A stretch of 64,000 nucleotides of DNA from Azolla caroliniana (lineage: Eukaryota > Plantae > Polypodiophyta). Positions 52,887 to 64,000 of the stretch are shown one piece after another (within the stretch, counting starts at the first letter, position 1; the number at the start of each line of letters is the position of its first letter). Both the position numbers and the translations under genes were made by a program. Location of the stretch: NCBI GenBank assembly GCA_043228905.1, contig JBHGNT010000036.1, forward strand, positions 1 through 64,000, given 5' to 3'. The notes under the pieces were generated by a model. The model did no database searches and was not told where the DNA came from. It was given only the letters and a program-made list of their open reading frames with translations.

Positions 52887-55800
52887 TGTTGAGCGGACAA
52901 GCTCAACTAGATGCGGATTGGCTGAATAAGCCATAGCCGGATCGGTATTCGGAACCAAGAATCGGATCGGAGAGACAGATCAGACTATAACCAGTAGGCC
53001 GTTATAGGCCTACGAATCTAGCCTAGTACATAGGCAGATTCCTTGGAGTCAGTGTTAGTCACTTGTGTGAGCATTGAAGTACATGTCAATACTTCTATCA
53101 GTCCTTTTAAGGACTAAGAAAAGGTGTTATGTAGGATACTGTATGTAACAAAGTGTTATTATTTTGAATTGAGTTTTATGATTTCTGCTCTCTCTGTCTC
53201 TCCCGTGAACTATGTACATTAAACCTACGTTTACTCTCTGTTGCTATCCGATTTAGGGTTTACGGTTCAAATTTGCCTCGGTGGTCTAGCACAATGGTAC
53301 GGGCCAATCCGAACGGCAATTTGCACCCTAGAGAAACCACCGTTCTTCTTCGACCTGCAATCGATGCTGATGGTCGAAGAAAATCACGCGAGTGGGTCAA
53401 GGACCACTCAATCGAACAATCAGATGTTGTACACGGAGGCGGATAGGCACTGTGGGCATGGATCAATCAAAGACCGAAACAGAATGTTAGTATTGTGGCA
53501 AGAAAGGCCACTGAGAGAGTGAGTGCTGGATGAAGTGCGCTAATACGGATAAATCCAGATCCGGCAAAGCCGAACAAGGAAATCGGCAGAGCTCGCATTA
53601 CGTAGAAGGATTGGAAGGATCTAGGACCGGTAAGACCGGAGAAGGGTCAGCCTTTGTGATGAAACCAGAGACGACACTCCTCACCCGATTGTGCATTTCG
53701 GGGAAGTCCCTTTAAGTCCTGTCAAACAAAAGGGAAAGCTGATGAGCGTACTACATGTTCCGACAATCACAAAGAACTTGGTGTCGGTCGGGCATTTCGT
53801 CGACCATGGGATGTAGGTGCAGTTTATGCACCTCAGGTGCTTCATTAAGGAAGAGGGCCAGATTATCGCGCAAGGGCGCCGGGACGGGAGGATGTTCATC
53901 CTCAACACCAATGACGTCGGCATCGCTATGTTCGCAAAAGGACAAAAGGTCAAATCGGATATTGACCTATGGCACTATCAGAGGCTTCAAGACCTGCAAT
54001 CAAAACAAGTTGTTTTCGTATTGCCAAAATTTAGTGGCCGAAAGGCCCAAATTTATAAAGCCTGCCAGCTCGAGAAGCAACAATGGCTTCCATTCCCCTC
54101 CGAAAGAAACCAGAGCCGTAACAAGCTTGATCTAATACATTCGGATGTATGGGGACCGGCACAGAATGTTAGTCTTGGCAAGAGCCAATATTTCGTCTCC
54201 TTCATCGACGACTACAACCGGTAGACATGGATCTACCTCATTGAGAAGAAAGGCGAAGTCTTCGACAATTTCCGTAACTTACAAATTCTTGTAGAACAGG
54301 AAACGGAGAAGAAGATCAAGTGCCTGCGGTCAGATAGCAGAAAAGAATATTTTTCTAGCCAATTCAATAGTTATTTGTAGCATAAAGGAATTCGGAGGGA
54401 ATTCAGCTACCTATACACACCAGAACAAAACGGTGTGGCCGAAAGGAAGAATCGGTCAATTGTGGAAGCAACACGGGCAATACTGAAAAAGAAGAGCATG
54501 CCCAAGTTCTATTGGGCCGAAGCGGTCCAAACGATTGTCTACATCCAAAACCGGATCGTGGATAAGGTGTCGGCACATGAGTTGTATTTCGAGTGGAAGC
54601 CAAATTTAAGGCACCTTAAGATATTCAGTAGCACGACATCGACTACGATGAGGCGTTCATGTCGGTCGCAAAGATGGCGATCGACTGTGTCCTGCTTGCG
54701 GTAGCAACGACGAAGGGGTGGCATCTACATCAAATGGATGTGAAAAACCCATTCCTGCAAGGTGATCTTGAGGAACAGGTGTTTATGGTTCAGCCCCCGG
54801 ATTTCAGTCCGGTATGAATACATCGGTGGCAGCGGCAAAGGGGTGGCATCTACATCAAATGGATGTGAAAAACGCATTCCTGCAAGGTGATCTTGAGGAA
54901 CAAGTGTTTATGGTTCAGCCCCTCGGATTTCAACCTAGTGTGAATACATCGGTGGTATGACAGAATGCAAATCCGTCTCGACTCCTTTGAACCGAAATGT
55001 GATGCTTCACTCCGACTCCGGAACGGCATGCAACCCGAAAAGGTTTGGACAGATAGTAGGAAGTCTTATCTATCTGACCATCACCCAATCGAACCCCAAT
55101 TATCCCGTTGGATTGATTAGTCAATTTATGGCGCATCCAACTATGGAGCACCGTATCTTGAGATATGTTAGCGGCACTAAGGACAAGAGGTTGTTGTATC
55201 GGACCGGTGTAGCCGAATAGTTTGTCGAACACATGGATGCCGATTGGGCCGAAAATACTGGCGATCGCATGTCTACATCTGGATATGCGTTTTCACTAGG
55301 AGGTGTCGCAGTCGCCTGGCGCACTAAGAAGCAGTCGACAATAGCACTGCCGAGCACGGAGGCCGAGTACCGAGGAGCAGCTGTCGCAATGTGCCTTATG
55401 GCTCAGGAGGCTCTTGAGGGATCTGCGAGTGGAGGTGTCAGATACGACGATGATCTATTGCGACAACCTCAGCAGCATCCAATTAGTGAAGAACCTTGTC
55501 TTCCACGCCCGAACCAAGCACACCGAGGTGCACTACCATTTTGTCTAAGAGCGGTTTCTCTCCGGTGAAGTGGAACAGCTAGATGTTCCGATGGATCGAT
55601 AGATGGCTGACATCTCCACCCAACCCCTTGGCTTAGACTAGTTGCGGCAATTTTTTGGTGCACTGGTTGTTCAGTACCTCGATATGCCGAACTTGAGGGG
55701 GAGGATGAAAGGAGGAATGAGGAAGAAAACCAAGCCAAGTTAGAAATTGATTACGACTTCGACCTGACTGAGAAAGTCGAAGTGCACGGGATGACTGAAG

Positions 55801-56731
55801 TAGCCGAGACCGGACATAGGGGGAGCCACCGGAACGGAGGGCCCAAGCCAAATCCAGCCAAAAAAGGGGGAGGCAAAGTCAGGAAGACCAAAACACGAAC
55901 ATGGTCCGATGTCGTGAAGGGTCTGAAGGTTGAAGAAGAATTGGACATAGCCAATTCGGACAAGAGCTGGAACGAATCAGATGCACCTGATTCAGAGAAG
56001 CCGAATTAACTAAAGGCCAAACAGACGAGAAGGCAGCTGATGTCGACAACGACATGGAGGAATCGACGGGTCTAGAAGCGCCGAAGTCGCAACAGCAAAG
56101 GAGTTGAGAAGGTCCTTATGCGGAGACAGACCGACCGAGAAGGTTGAGAGGCACGAAACCGGATGGGTCGAGGAATGCGAGCAAGGCGGGAGGACGGCAG
56201 GAGGAGCCAGAGAGAAGGACCGACTACCACAGATAGTGACATTGCGATCCGACCTCAAGTTGAGCTTGAGGGGGAGTGTTGAGCGGACAAGTTCAACCGG
56301 ATCCGGATCAGCTGAATAAGCCAGAGCCAGATCGGTATCCGGAACGGAGAACCGGATCGGTATCTAGATCGGTATCCGGAACCAAGAACCAGATCATAGA
56401 GACAAATTGGACTATAACCGATAGGCCGTTATAGGCCTACGAATCTAGCCCAGTACATAGGTACATTCCTTGGAGTCGGTGTTAGTCGCTCGTGTGAGCA
56501 TTGAAGTACATGTTAGAACTTATGTCAGTCCTTTTAAGGACTTGTATAAAAGGTGGTGTAGGACACTGTATGTAACAGAGTGTTATTATTTTGAATTGAG
56601 TTTTATGCTTTCTGCTCTCTCTGTCTCTCCCATGAACTGTGTATTCTAAGCTTTCCTTAAACCTGTGTTTACTCTTTGTTGCTATCCGGTGTAACCGGTT
56701 TTGTTAAAGCTTCCACACATATTCTTTTACA
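52887..56731 (+). mobile_element. Ty1/copia LTR retrotransposon E (A family), heavily deleted
   Basis: Truncated 5' LTR from 52887, 3' LTR 56277-56731, TSD CGTTG/CCTTG, PPT 56265-56276, fragments of gag, integrase, RT (with ~130-bp duplication 54700-54955) and RNase H. Confidence 0.92.
55705..56282 (+). pseudogene. Extra 3' ORF remnant of copia E
   Basis: KTRTWSDVVKGLK...NSDKSWN...QVELEGEC* homologous to 33025-33630. Confidence 0.6.
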
Positions 56732-57709
56732 CCTTGTTCACACACTCGCCGTAACTACTAGAAGCAAATTCAGCTCTAGGAACAACCCCCATCCGTGCTT
56801 CATTTGGCTAGATGACATTAGGGAAAAACCAGTTGTATTTGTCCCTCTTGTTGTTGTAGTCATCCAAAGCGGGATCAACTTGGAAATAGGTACAAATGAC
56901 ACAAAGGCACATAATTTGTGATCAACCTTGTGAAATTGGCAATTGGAATTGGATTGGTAGTTAACTGTGCTCAATTCGACTAGGCGATATTCGGGAAGAC
57001 CAGCCGGCCCTATCCCTCCAATCGCTGTAGCCACTCTGAAGTTGCCATCTGAAACCCAATTAGCTAACCAATCAGCAAATTCAGATACAATTGGGCTAGG
57101 CCAAATCGAATGTGGCCACTTCGAACAGAACCTACCTAAAGTTGAAGTCAATACAGCTCGTGTTCAAATCTAGCTAGAACAATATTGGGTGAGCCAGCTA
57201 GTTGCACCCCATCACCGTTCTAGTCGACTCTGAATAGAGTCCCCCAAAATTAACACATAATGGCATCAACATCCGGCTCATCTGAGATGAGTCTATTTCT
57301 CCCTTTTGATTTATCTCAGCAACTCTCAGGGACTAGAAGAGGAGTTGCATCTTTATTAAGACAAACAGATAAATCTACCAAAACAATTTTTTGTTCACCT
57401 TGCTTTTCATGAATCCTTGCCCACTTGAGCCAACTTTTCCTGAATTTTAAGCTTCTATTACATAATAAAACCAACATGCCAATGTTGGCTATGAGAAGCT
57501 CTTTAAAATGTACTAATATTCTAGAGTCTGAAGACTTGTAAAGAGATATATTTAAGCAATTTATGTGCAAATATGTAGAAAGTGGAAAATTATTTGGTTT
57601 TGGAAATGATGATTAATTTATGATTTGCTCAAGAATTTTGAGTTTCTTGAGTGATAATCAAGGGTTTGGTTTGTATGCATCTACAAGAATATAATATGGT
57701 ATGTGGGCA

Positions 57710-58300
57710 CAGAAAATAAATTTGGCTATCTAACAATTGCTTCAATTAATTGGCGCCCACACGGTTGGTGAATGAAACAATTGCTTTAATACATCTATAT
57801 GATCAACCACATCTGGTTTTCATAATTATTTCAATTATAAGAAAATAAATTTCGCTATATAACAATTGCTTCAATTAATTGGCGCCCACCTAGTTGGTGA
57901 ATGAGACAATTGCTTTAATACATCTATACGATCAACCACATCTGGTTTTCATAATTATTTCAATTATAAGAAAATAAATTTCACTATATAACAATTGCTT
58001 CAATTAATTGGCGCCCACCTAGTTGGTGAATGAGACAATTGCTTTAATACATCTATATGATCAATCACATCTGCTTTTGATAATTATTTCAATTATAAGA
58101 GAATAAATTTGGCAATATACCAATTGCTTCAATTAATTGGCGCCCACATGGTTGGTGAATGAGACAATTGCTTTAATACATCTTTATGATCAACCACATC
58201 TGCTTTTGATAATTATTTCAATTATAAGAAAATAAATTTGGCTATATAACAATTGCTTCAATTAATTGACGCCCTACTGGTTGGTGAATGAAACAATAGC
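57710..58300. repeat. 129-bp tandem array, ~4.5 units (array 3)
   Basis: caattgctttaat-like anchor at 57778, 57907, 58036, 58165, 58294 (exact 129-bp period). Confidence 0.93.
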
Positions 58301-59147
58301 TTGATTTAGTTCTAGTCATGGTTTAGTTCCTTACAATGTTCCTCAGTCCATGATTGTCATTGGCACTTTTTGACCATGATGAATATCACAGTAGTGTTAT
58401 CATTAATCCTAACACGTGGCTTGGTTCTTTTCTCCAGGGGTTTAACTTACCAGTAGCTAAATGTTAAAGTCAATTTTATGCATACCTTTTTTTGGCTCTG
58501 TTACCTATCGTAATTTTAATGTTTTTGGCACAAGTAAATGCAAAATTTTCTTGATCATTTACTGTGGGTAAAAATGTGATTATACAGCAGTGATGGTTGT
58601 ATTTTGCTGTAAAGAGATGGCATTGAACGGACTCAAGATTGCATTGTTGCACATTGCATATCTGAACATGGACAAAAATAGTGAAATGTACACTGAAGCC
58701 AACTTTGTAATGAAAACGTTTTGACAGCAACTATGATTTAAAAAATCTTTGAATATGGAGATGCATACTTTTAAATAAACAGCTATAAATGAACCATGAA
58801 CTCTTTTGGATAGTCATCAAATATGAGATCTTTGCGTAGTCCTTACACATGGCCTTAAGAAGTTCATAATGGAAAGTGGTTCAACAAATGATAGTTTCAT
58901 GATTACATTGCAACCCGTGTAGCACAAGAAACTGTCTCTGAGTACATAGAACGGATAACGTCCTTTCTTTTAATAGGATGTCTACTTTTTACACCGGTCG
59001 CTAAAAGGGTTGAATATAGGAAAATCAGTGAAGTAATACCAGAAATTCATTTTCCTGAATATCATCTCAGCTGAACGCATGATAACATAATAATGATAAA
59101 TTCAGATCATTTTATTATATGTTTTAACAGAACAACGAATAAGGTCA

Positions 59148-61149
59148 TCATGCAATCACTTCAATTTCAGATGGAGACTCCTCACACTGGAAAGCTATGT
59201 TACGGCTTGGATCAGGAGGAGCTTTACCTTCAAGTATTCCGTGCAAGAAATTTGTGACAGTGTTAGTTGCTTCTTCATCTGAAAATACACAATAAAGAAA
59301 GGAATTGGAACACACTTCATTCATAATCCATGCTACATACATTCTTCATTTGAAGTCACTAGACCATACTCGTTCTATCAATTCAAATAAACAATAACTA
59401 CACACATTTCATTCATAATCCATAATCCATAATGCATGCAGATTTCATTCATAATCCTTAAATGCTTCAAATCTGTGGTAAGTGTGAATCCAAAATGCAT
59501 GACACTGCACGCATACCTAGCCTGGGCACACAGTGTTTCCCTCCATGATGGATGATGACAGGCTCTTCAAACATCTGCACCAACTCTCTATTCTTAGGTC
59601 TTAGCCAATCATGTGATCCTGATGTTACATCACAAATGCGTTCATTAGAATTTCACATCTTTGCAAAATGAAGATCTCCATGGATCTTCCATAGTTATGA
59701 CTGCATAACCGCATAAGGAAATTGATCAATTTTTCGCATTATAAATTTCACGCATGGTTGATGTATGTTTACCTATGAAATGTATGGATGGGCAGCATAT
59801 AATGCGGGAGTAGCAATCTTCCTTCCATTCCGGATGCTTGAACATGGCACCAGAGATGACAATAACAAATCGAAGAGGTGGATGCTTACAAAGACGGAGA
59901 CTCTGTTGATCAGAGCAGGAGACAATTTTTAATTAGGGATCCCCTTAGTTTCTTCCAGCAAGACTTATGAGAAGGATAAAAGAAAAACTAATTCTGTTCA
60001 TTCACCTTTTGCTGTAGCCCTGCAAGGGCAGCACTAAGCACAGCACCCTAGAGAACACAAAACAGAAATGATCATTTATCCTGGTAAATATTGTTAATGA
60101 TGGTACAATGGAAATTTGATAATAGTCAAAGACTTACCTGTGAGAACCCAATCAAGCCATCAAAGGGTCCATACTTATACATATAATTGGATATGTATTC
60201 AATGCACTCCTCCAGTCCACTGTACTCGGTAAATTTCTGAAAAATATGTTGGACAACAGTGACAAGTTCTTACATAAGGTTTACAGTGGATCTGATAGAT
60301 ATCTAACTCAATGATAGGTCTATACGCCGGTAGCCACCAGATGCGTTTGAAAGAAAGATGGCCTCAATCACTCAAAAATTCCTACTACAATTTCTACTAC
60401 ATTCTATTGTGCCGTATTTTCTCATAATCTGCTGTACTCTCATGCATGAAAATGGAAGAACGCCTGATAAGCAAAGAAGTTTCCCACAATACTCAGACAA
60501 ATTTTTTTTATGAGATTCCATTTAGTCTGTGGTAGTTTCTCGTTATTTTCCTATCATATCATGCATGAGAAGGAAATTAAATTAACTAGCAAGTAAATGT
60601 TTCCAATGAAAATGGTTAGATCCATTATGTTGGAAGAAAAAAGTTACGGATGCACAGTTTACTTACAATGTCATATGTGAACCACTCATAGTATGGAGGC
60701 GAGAAGATTCCCTCTACATCAGATCTTCCTCGACAAGGAAATGGAGCATCCAGGAAGGTCTGAAAAACAAACACCCCCCCTTTTTTTGTTTTAACTACGT
60801 GAGAAGATGATTTCAATCCATAGTAGCATGCTCCACATTACATAAGAATATGAAATAAAATTGTGATACATGCATCATGGCGAGTGACACTACTACTACT
60901 ACAGATGTGTGCAATATATCTGATCGGATGCATGCATAGACAGTGGACACATGTTCAGTTGGGGATGTGAAATCGCTAAGGAAATTCCTTACGCCACATA
61001 GAAAGAGAGATTACCATGTCTAGAAGGCGATGTAATGAAGCATCCCATCGTTTGAGTTGCTGCTCCAAGATGGATCCACTTGTGCGGAACCCGTGCAAGC
61101 AGAGAACCTTTAGACGCCCCCGACAACCCTCCGTAACTTCTTCAGCCAT
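59148..61149 (-). CDS. FSH1/OVCA2-family serine hydrolase, copy 2, 243 aa
   Basis: Exons 61015-61149, 60667-60759, 60138-60236, 60006-60047, 59773-59902, 59517-59618, 59148-59278; intact frame, splice sites and Ser/Asp/His motifs; 8 coding differences from copy 1. Confidence 0.95.
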
Positions 61150-61203
61150 GCTCAGCTAGCTGCTCCTGATTCTGCAGAGTTGTTGTTAAATGGAGGCTCC
61201 GAT

Positions 61204-61243
<40 letters not shown>

Positions 61244-61405
61244 AGAGAGGTCCTTAAATCTGGGAAGGAGGAGCTCTGGCTGTTTAGGTTTTTCTGTCCA
61301 CATATTCTTAGTAAGTAAATTGGGCCTTGGACGCCCAAAACTTGTACTTTTTTAAATATACATAGTGTGAAAGAGGTTCACACAAGAAGCCGTTACATAT
61401 AACAA

Positions 61406-61561
61406 TAGGCAACAGTTCGGTTCGGTTTGAGAGGGTCCAAACCGAACCGTTTAAATTTTATTTAAACCTGAATCGAACCGTAACATTTTTCAAACCATTA
61501 AACCATTAACCCGTAAAAACAGCGGTTTCGTGGTTCGGTTTCGGTTTTCAACATAGGTCTA
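61406..61561. mobile_element. Possible hAT-like MITE remnant with AACCG/CGGTT repeats
   Basis: Clustered ggttcggtt/aaccgaacc motifs; termini unclear. Confidence 0.35.
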
Positions 61562-62169
61562 ATTTTTAATTTTTAATTTTTTAAAACTTAAAACCTCTCA
61601 TTGACGAGACTACATTATGTAGCCGTGCATTTTTATTTCTTTTTCATGGTTAGTTTATCTCCCCTCTCGATTTTAGAAGCATGCACGAGACTACTCATTT
61701 GGTAGCCGGCATTGTAATCGATTCTACCCCTCTTTTTAATTTTTACCATCCTACCCTCCCCTCATTTTTCCCAAATTACCACTTTATCCCTCCCCTTATC
61801 TTTTAAATTACCCTCCTATCCCTCCCTTTACTTTTTAAAATTACCACTATACCCTTTCCCCTCACTTTTCCCAGACTACTACCCTACCCCTCCCCTTACC
61901 TTTGTTTTACATACCCCCCTACTCTCCTACCTCTTTAAACCTTCACTTTTCATTATCACGCCTCTACCCCTCCCTCACTTTTACCTCTACCCCCTCCCTT
62001 CCCACTTTTAAGTTTTTTATCATCTACCCCTCCTCCAACTTTTCCCCTATTTACGCCTCTACCCCTCCTCCAAAGTTTCCCCTATTTACGGCTCTACCCC
62101 TCCATTTTTCCTAAGCCGCCCTATACCCCTTATTCTAAACTAATGATTTGTCCCTATCCCTCATCCCTC

Positions 62170-62211
<42 letters not shown>

Positions 62212-62789
62212 TTACTTTTTGGCCCTACACTTTTGCCCACATTACTTTCCCTTTTTCCCTATATTTTAACACCCTTACCATTACCCTCTCCTTCCTCAAC
62301 ATACACATGTGCACATCCGTTACGCTCTCTCTTACCTTCTTCTTTTTTCTCCCTGACACCCTCTCACCATTCCCTTTTCCCTATCTTTAAAAACCTTACA
62401 CCCCACTACCATCCCTTAATGTGCACATATGTGCATAGCACACCCCTACCCCCCACTCCCTATTTTGATCCCACACCCTCACTCTACCCCTCTCCTAAAA
62501 TCCTATATAAACCCCCTCCCTCACCCTCATGGTCTTATGGCACTGAGGAGCCCTTCGGAGCGAAACTAGTTTGCCAGTTACGTAAGACCATGCACCCCCC
62601 CACCCACCAAAAACCTAATGTAATTTTCCATAATGATAATTACATGTTTCATCTTTGTCTCTTTGTCTCTCTCTCTCTCTTCCTTTTCTAATTATGTTTT
62701 TACTTATGTTTTATCTCTCCCTCTCTCTCCCCCTTTTAATTATGTTTTAATCTCGTTTTTTAGTTGTAAATGGTACCTCTCTCTTTCAT

Positions 62790-63125
62790 TATTAGTTTTT
62801 ATGTTAATCCCCTCCCCTCCCCTTACCCCACTTTTTAAACTTTAATTAGGTTTTTAATCTCGTTTTTTATCTTTAATCTTAGGTTTATTATGTTTTAATC
62901 TCGTTTTTAATCTTTAATCTTAGGTTTATTATGTTTTAATCTCTCTCTCTTTCAATTTATTTTTAACTAATAGGTTAATCCCTCCTACCCCTCCCTTTAC
63001 CACTTTTTAAACTTTAATTAGGTTTTTAATCTCGTTTTTTATCTTTAATCTTAAGTTTATTATGTTTTAATCTCGTTTTTAATCTTTAATCTTAGGTTTA
63101 TTATGTTTTAATCTCTCTCCCTCTC
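62790..63125. repeat. AT-rich nested tandem duplications (~40 bp within ~170 bp)
   Basis: ttttaatctcgtttttaatctttaatcttaggtttattatg repeated. Confidence 0.75.
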
Positions 63126-63477
63126 TCTCTCCCTCTCTCTCTCTCTCTTTCACTTTATTTTTAATTAATACCTTGTGTTACACTTAGGGTTATGTTTTAT
63201 TATTATTTACGGTTTAATCATTTTATTAGTTTTTATGTTTAGCCGCCACCCCCCTTCCCCTTTCTCCCTCTCTTTCATTTTTCAATTAGTATGTTAATCC
63301 CCTACCCTTGCCCCCCTTCTTAATACCTACTCATGTCTCTTCGTATACACCAAGCACTCTATCAATTCGGGTGCGCTCAATCAACCTTGGTGTTCCTCTT
63401 CTCCGATATCTCCTCCGCCTGCCGATGATCCACCATTTCCGCACTCCTCGTCTACGACCTCATCGTCAACAATAACT

Positions 63478-63862
63478 TATGGGCCAATAGTCAAAGCTTT
63501 GGCAAAGGCATGTAAAGGACGTGTTAGTGATTGGTCAAAAATCTTACCATATGCATTGTGGGCTGATAGGACAACTCACAGCACTGTTACTGGATATATG
63601 CCTGCAGAATTGATCACATGATAGAAGTCGATAATGCCAATTGAAGAAAAGATAACTATATGGGTTGTGTTGCCTTGGGAATCTGAAATGAGTAGGGAAG
63701 ATTTACTTGCGATTCGGATACGACAACTTCAATCAAGGACAAAAGACATAGAAAAAGCAGCTACTAGATTGAAAGAGGCAAGAATCAAGAATAAGGACAG
63801 ATTTGACAAGATGAAAAGAATACGACCAAGAAAGGTGCAAGAGGGAGATTGGGTATTAGTAT
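63478..63862 (+). mobile_element. Ty3/gypsy integrase C-terminal remnant
   Basis: GPIVKALAKAC...WSKILPYALWADRTTHSTVTGYMPAEL...VQEGDWVLV. Confidence 0.8.
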
Positions 63863-64000
63863 TAGGGATCGGCAACGACTTGGCTCAAGCCTAAACCGTT
63901 TGGCTTATCCGGCTTAAAGTGGCTTAGCGGCTCGTCTTGGCTCGGTTTAGGCTTGAACTTGCCTTAACGGTTTGAGCTCAGCTCAACTCGGCTTGAGCCT
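63863..64000 (+). mobile_element. Possible hAT-like element end inserted in the gypsy fragment
   Basis: Starts TAGGGATCGGCAAC followed by ggctc/gagcc subterminal-type repeats; runs off the window. Confidence 0.4.

Noticed and set aside
56738-57173. 137-aa and 68-aa ORFs in spacer X'
   Set aside because: No recognisable domain; likely decayed interior of the old LTR element
57710-58300. 129-bp array as a CRISPR array or coding repeat
   Set aside because: No unique spacers, eukaryotic context, no cas genes, and stops in the frames I translated

Overview
Eukaryotic land-plant genomic DNA (spliceosomal GT-AG introns, tRNA-Met PBS retrotransposons; a fern or other large-genome plant is a guess). 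Host genes: the 3' part of a WW-domain FNBP4-like gene (+, 2886-7378, start lies upstream of the window) and two intact, nearly identical 7-exon FSH1/OVCA2-family serine hydrolase genes (-, 11200-13370 and 59148-61149). They are the outer members of what looks like a three-unit tandem duplication whose middle unit (about 45.8-57.3 kb) lost the gene by deletion. The rest is nested transposon DNA: at least six Ty1/copia copies (one nearly intact, 46633-51818), a probable non-coding LTR element, a solo LTR inserted into a solo LTR of its own family, a CACTA-ended element filled with TATG/TG microsatellite, gypsy remnants and several tandem arrays. Most notable: one copia family carries an extra ~200-codon ORF between pol and the 3' LTR, bracketed by two PPT-like tracts, and two diverged copies show a coding-selection signature in it. 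All alignments and counts were done by eye.
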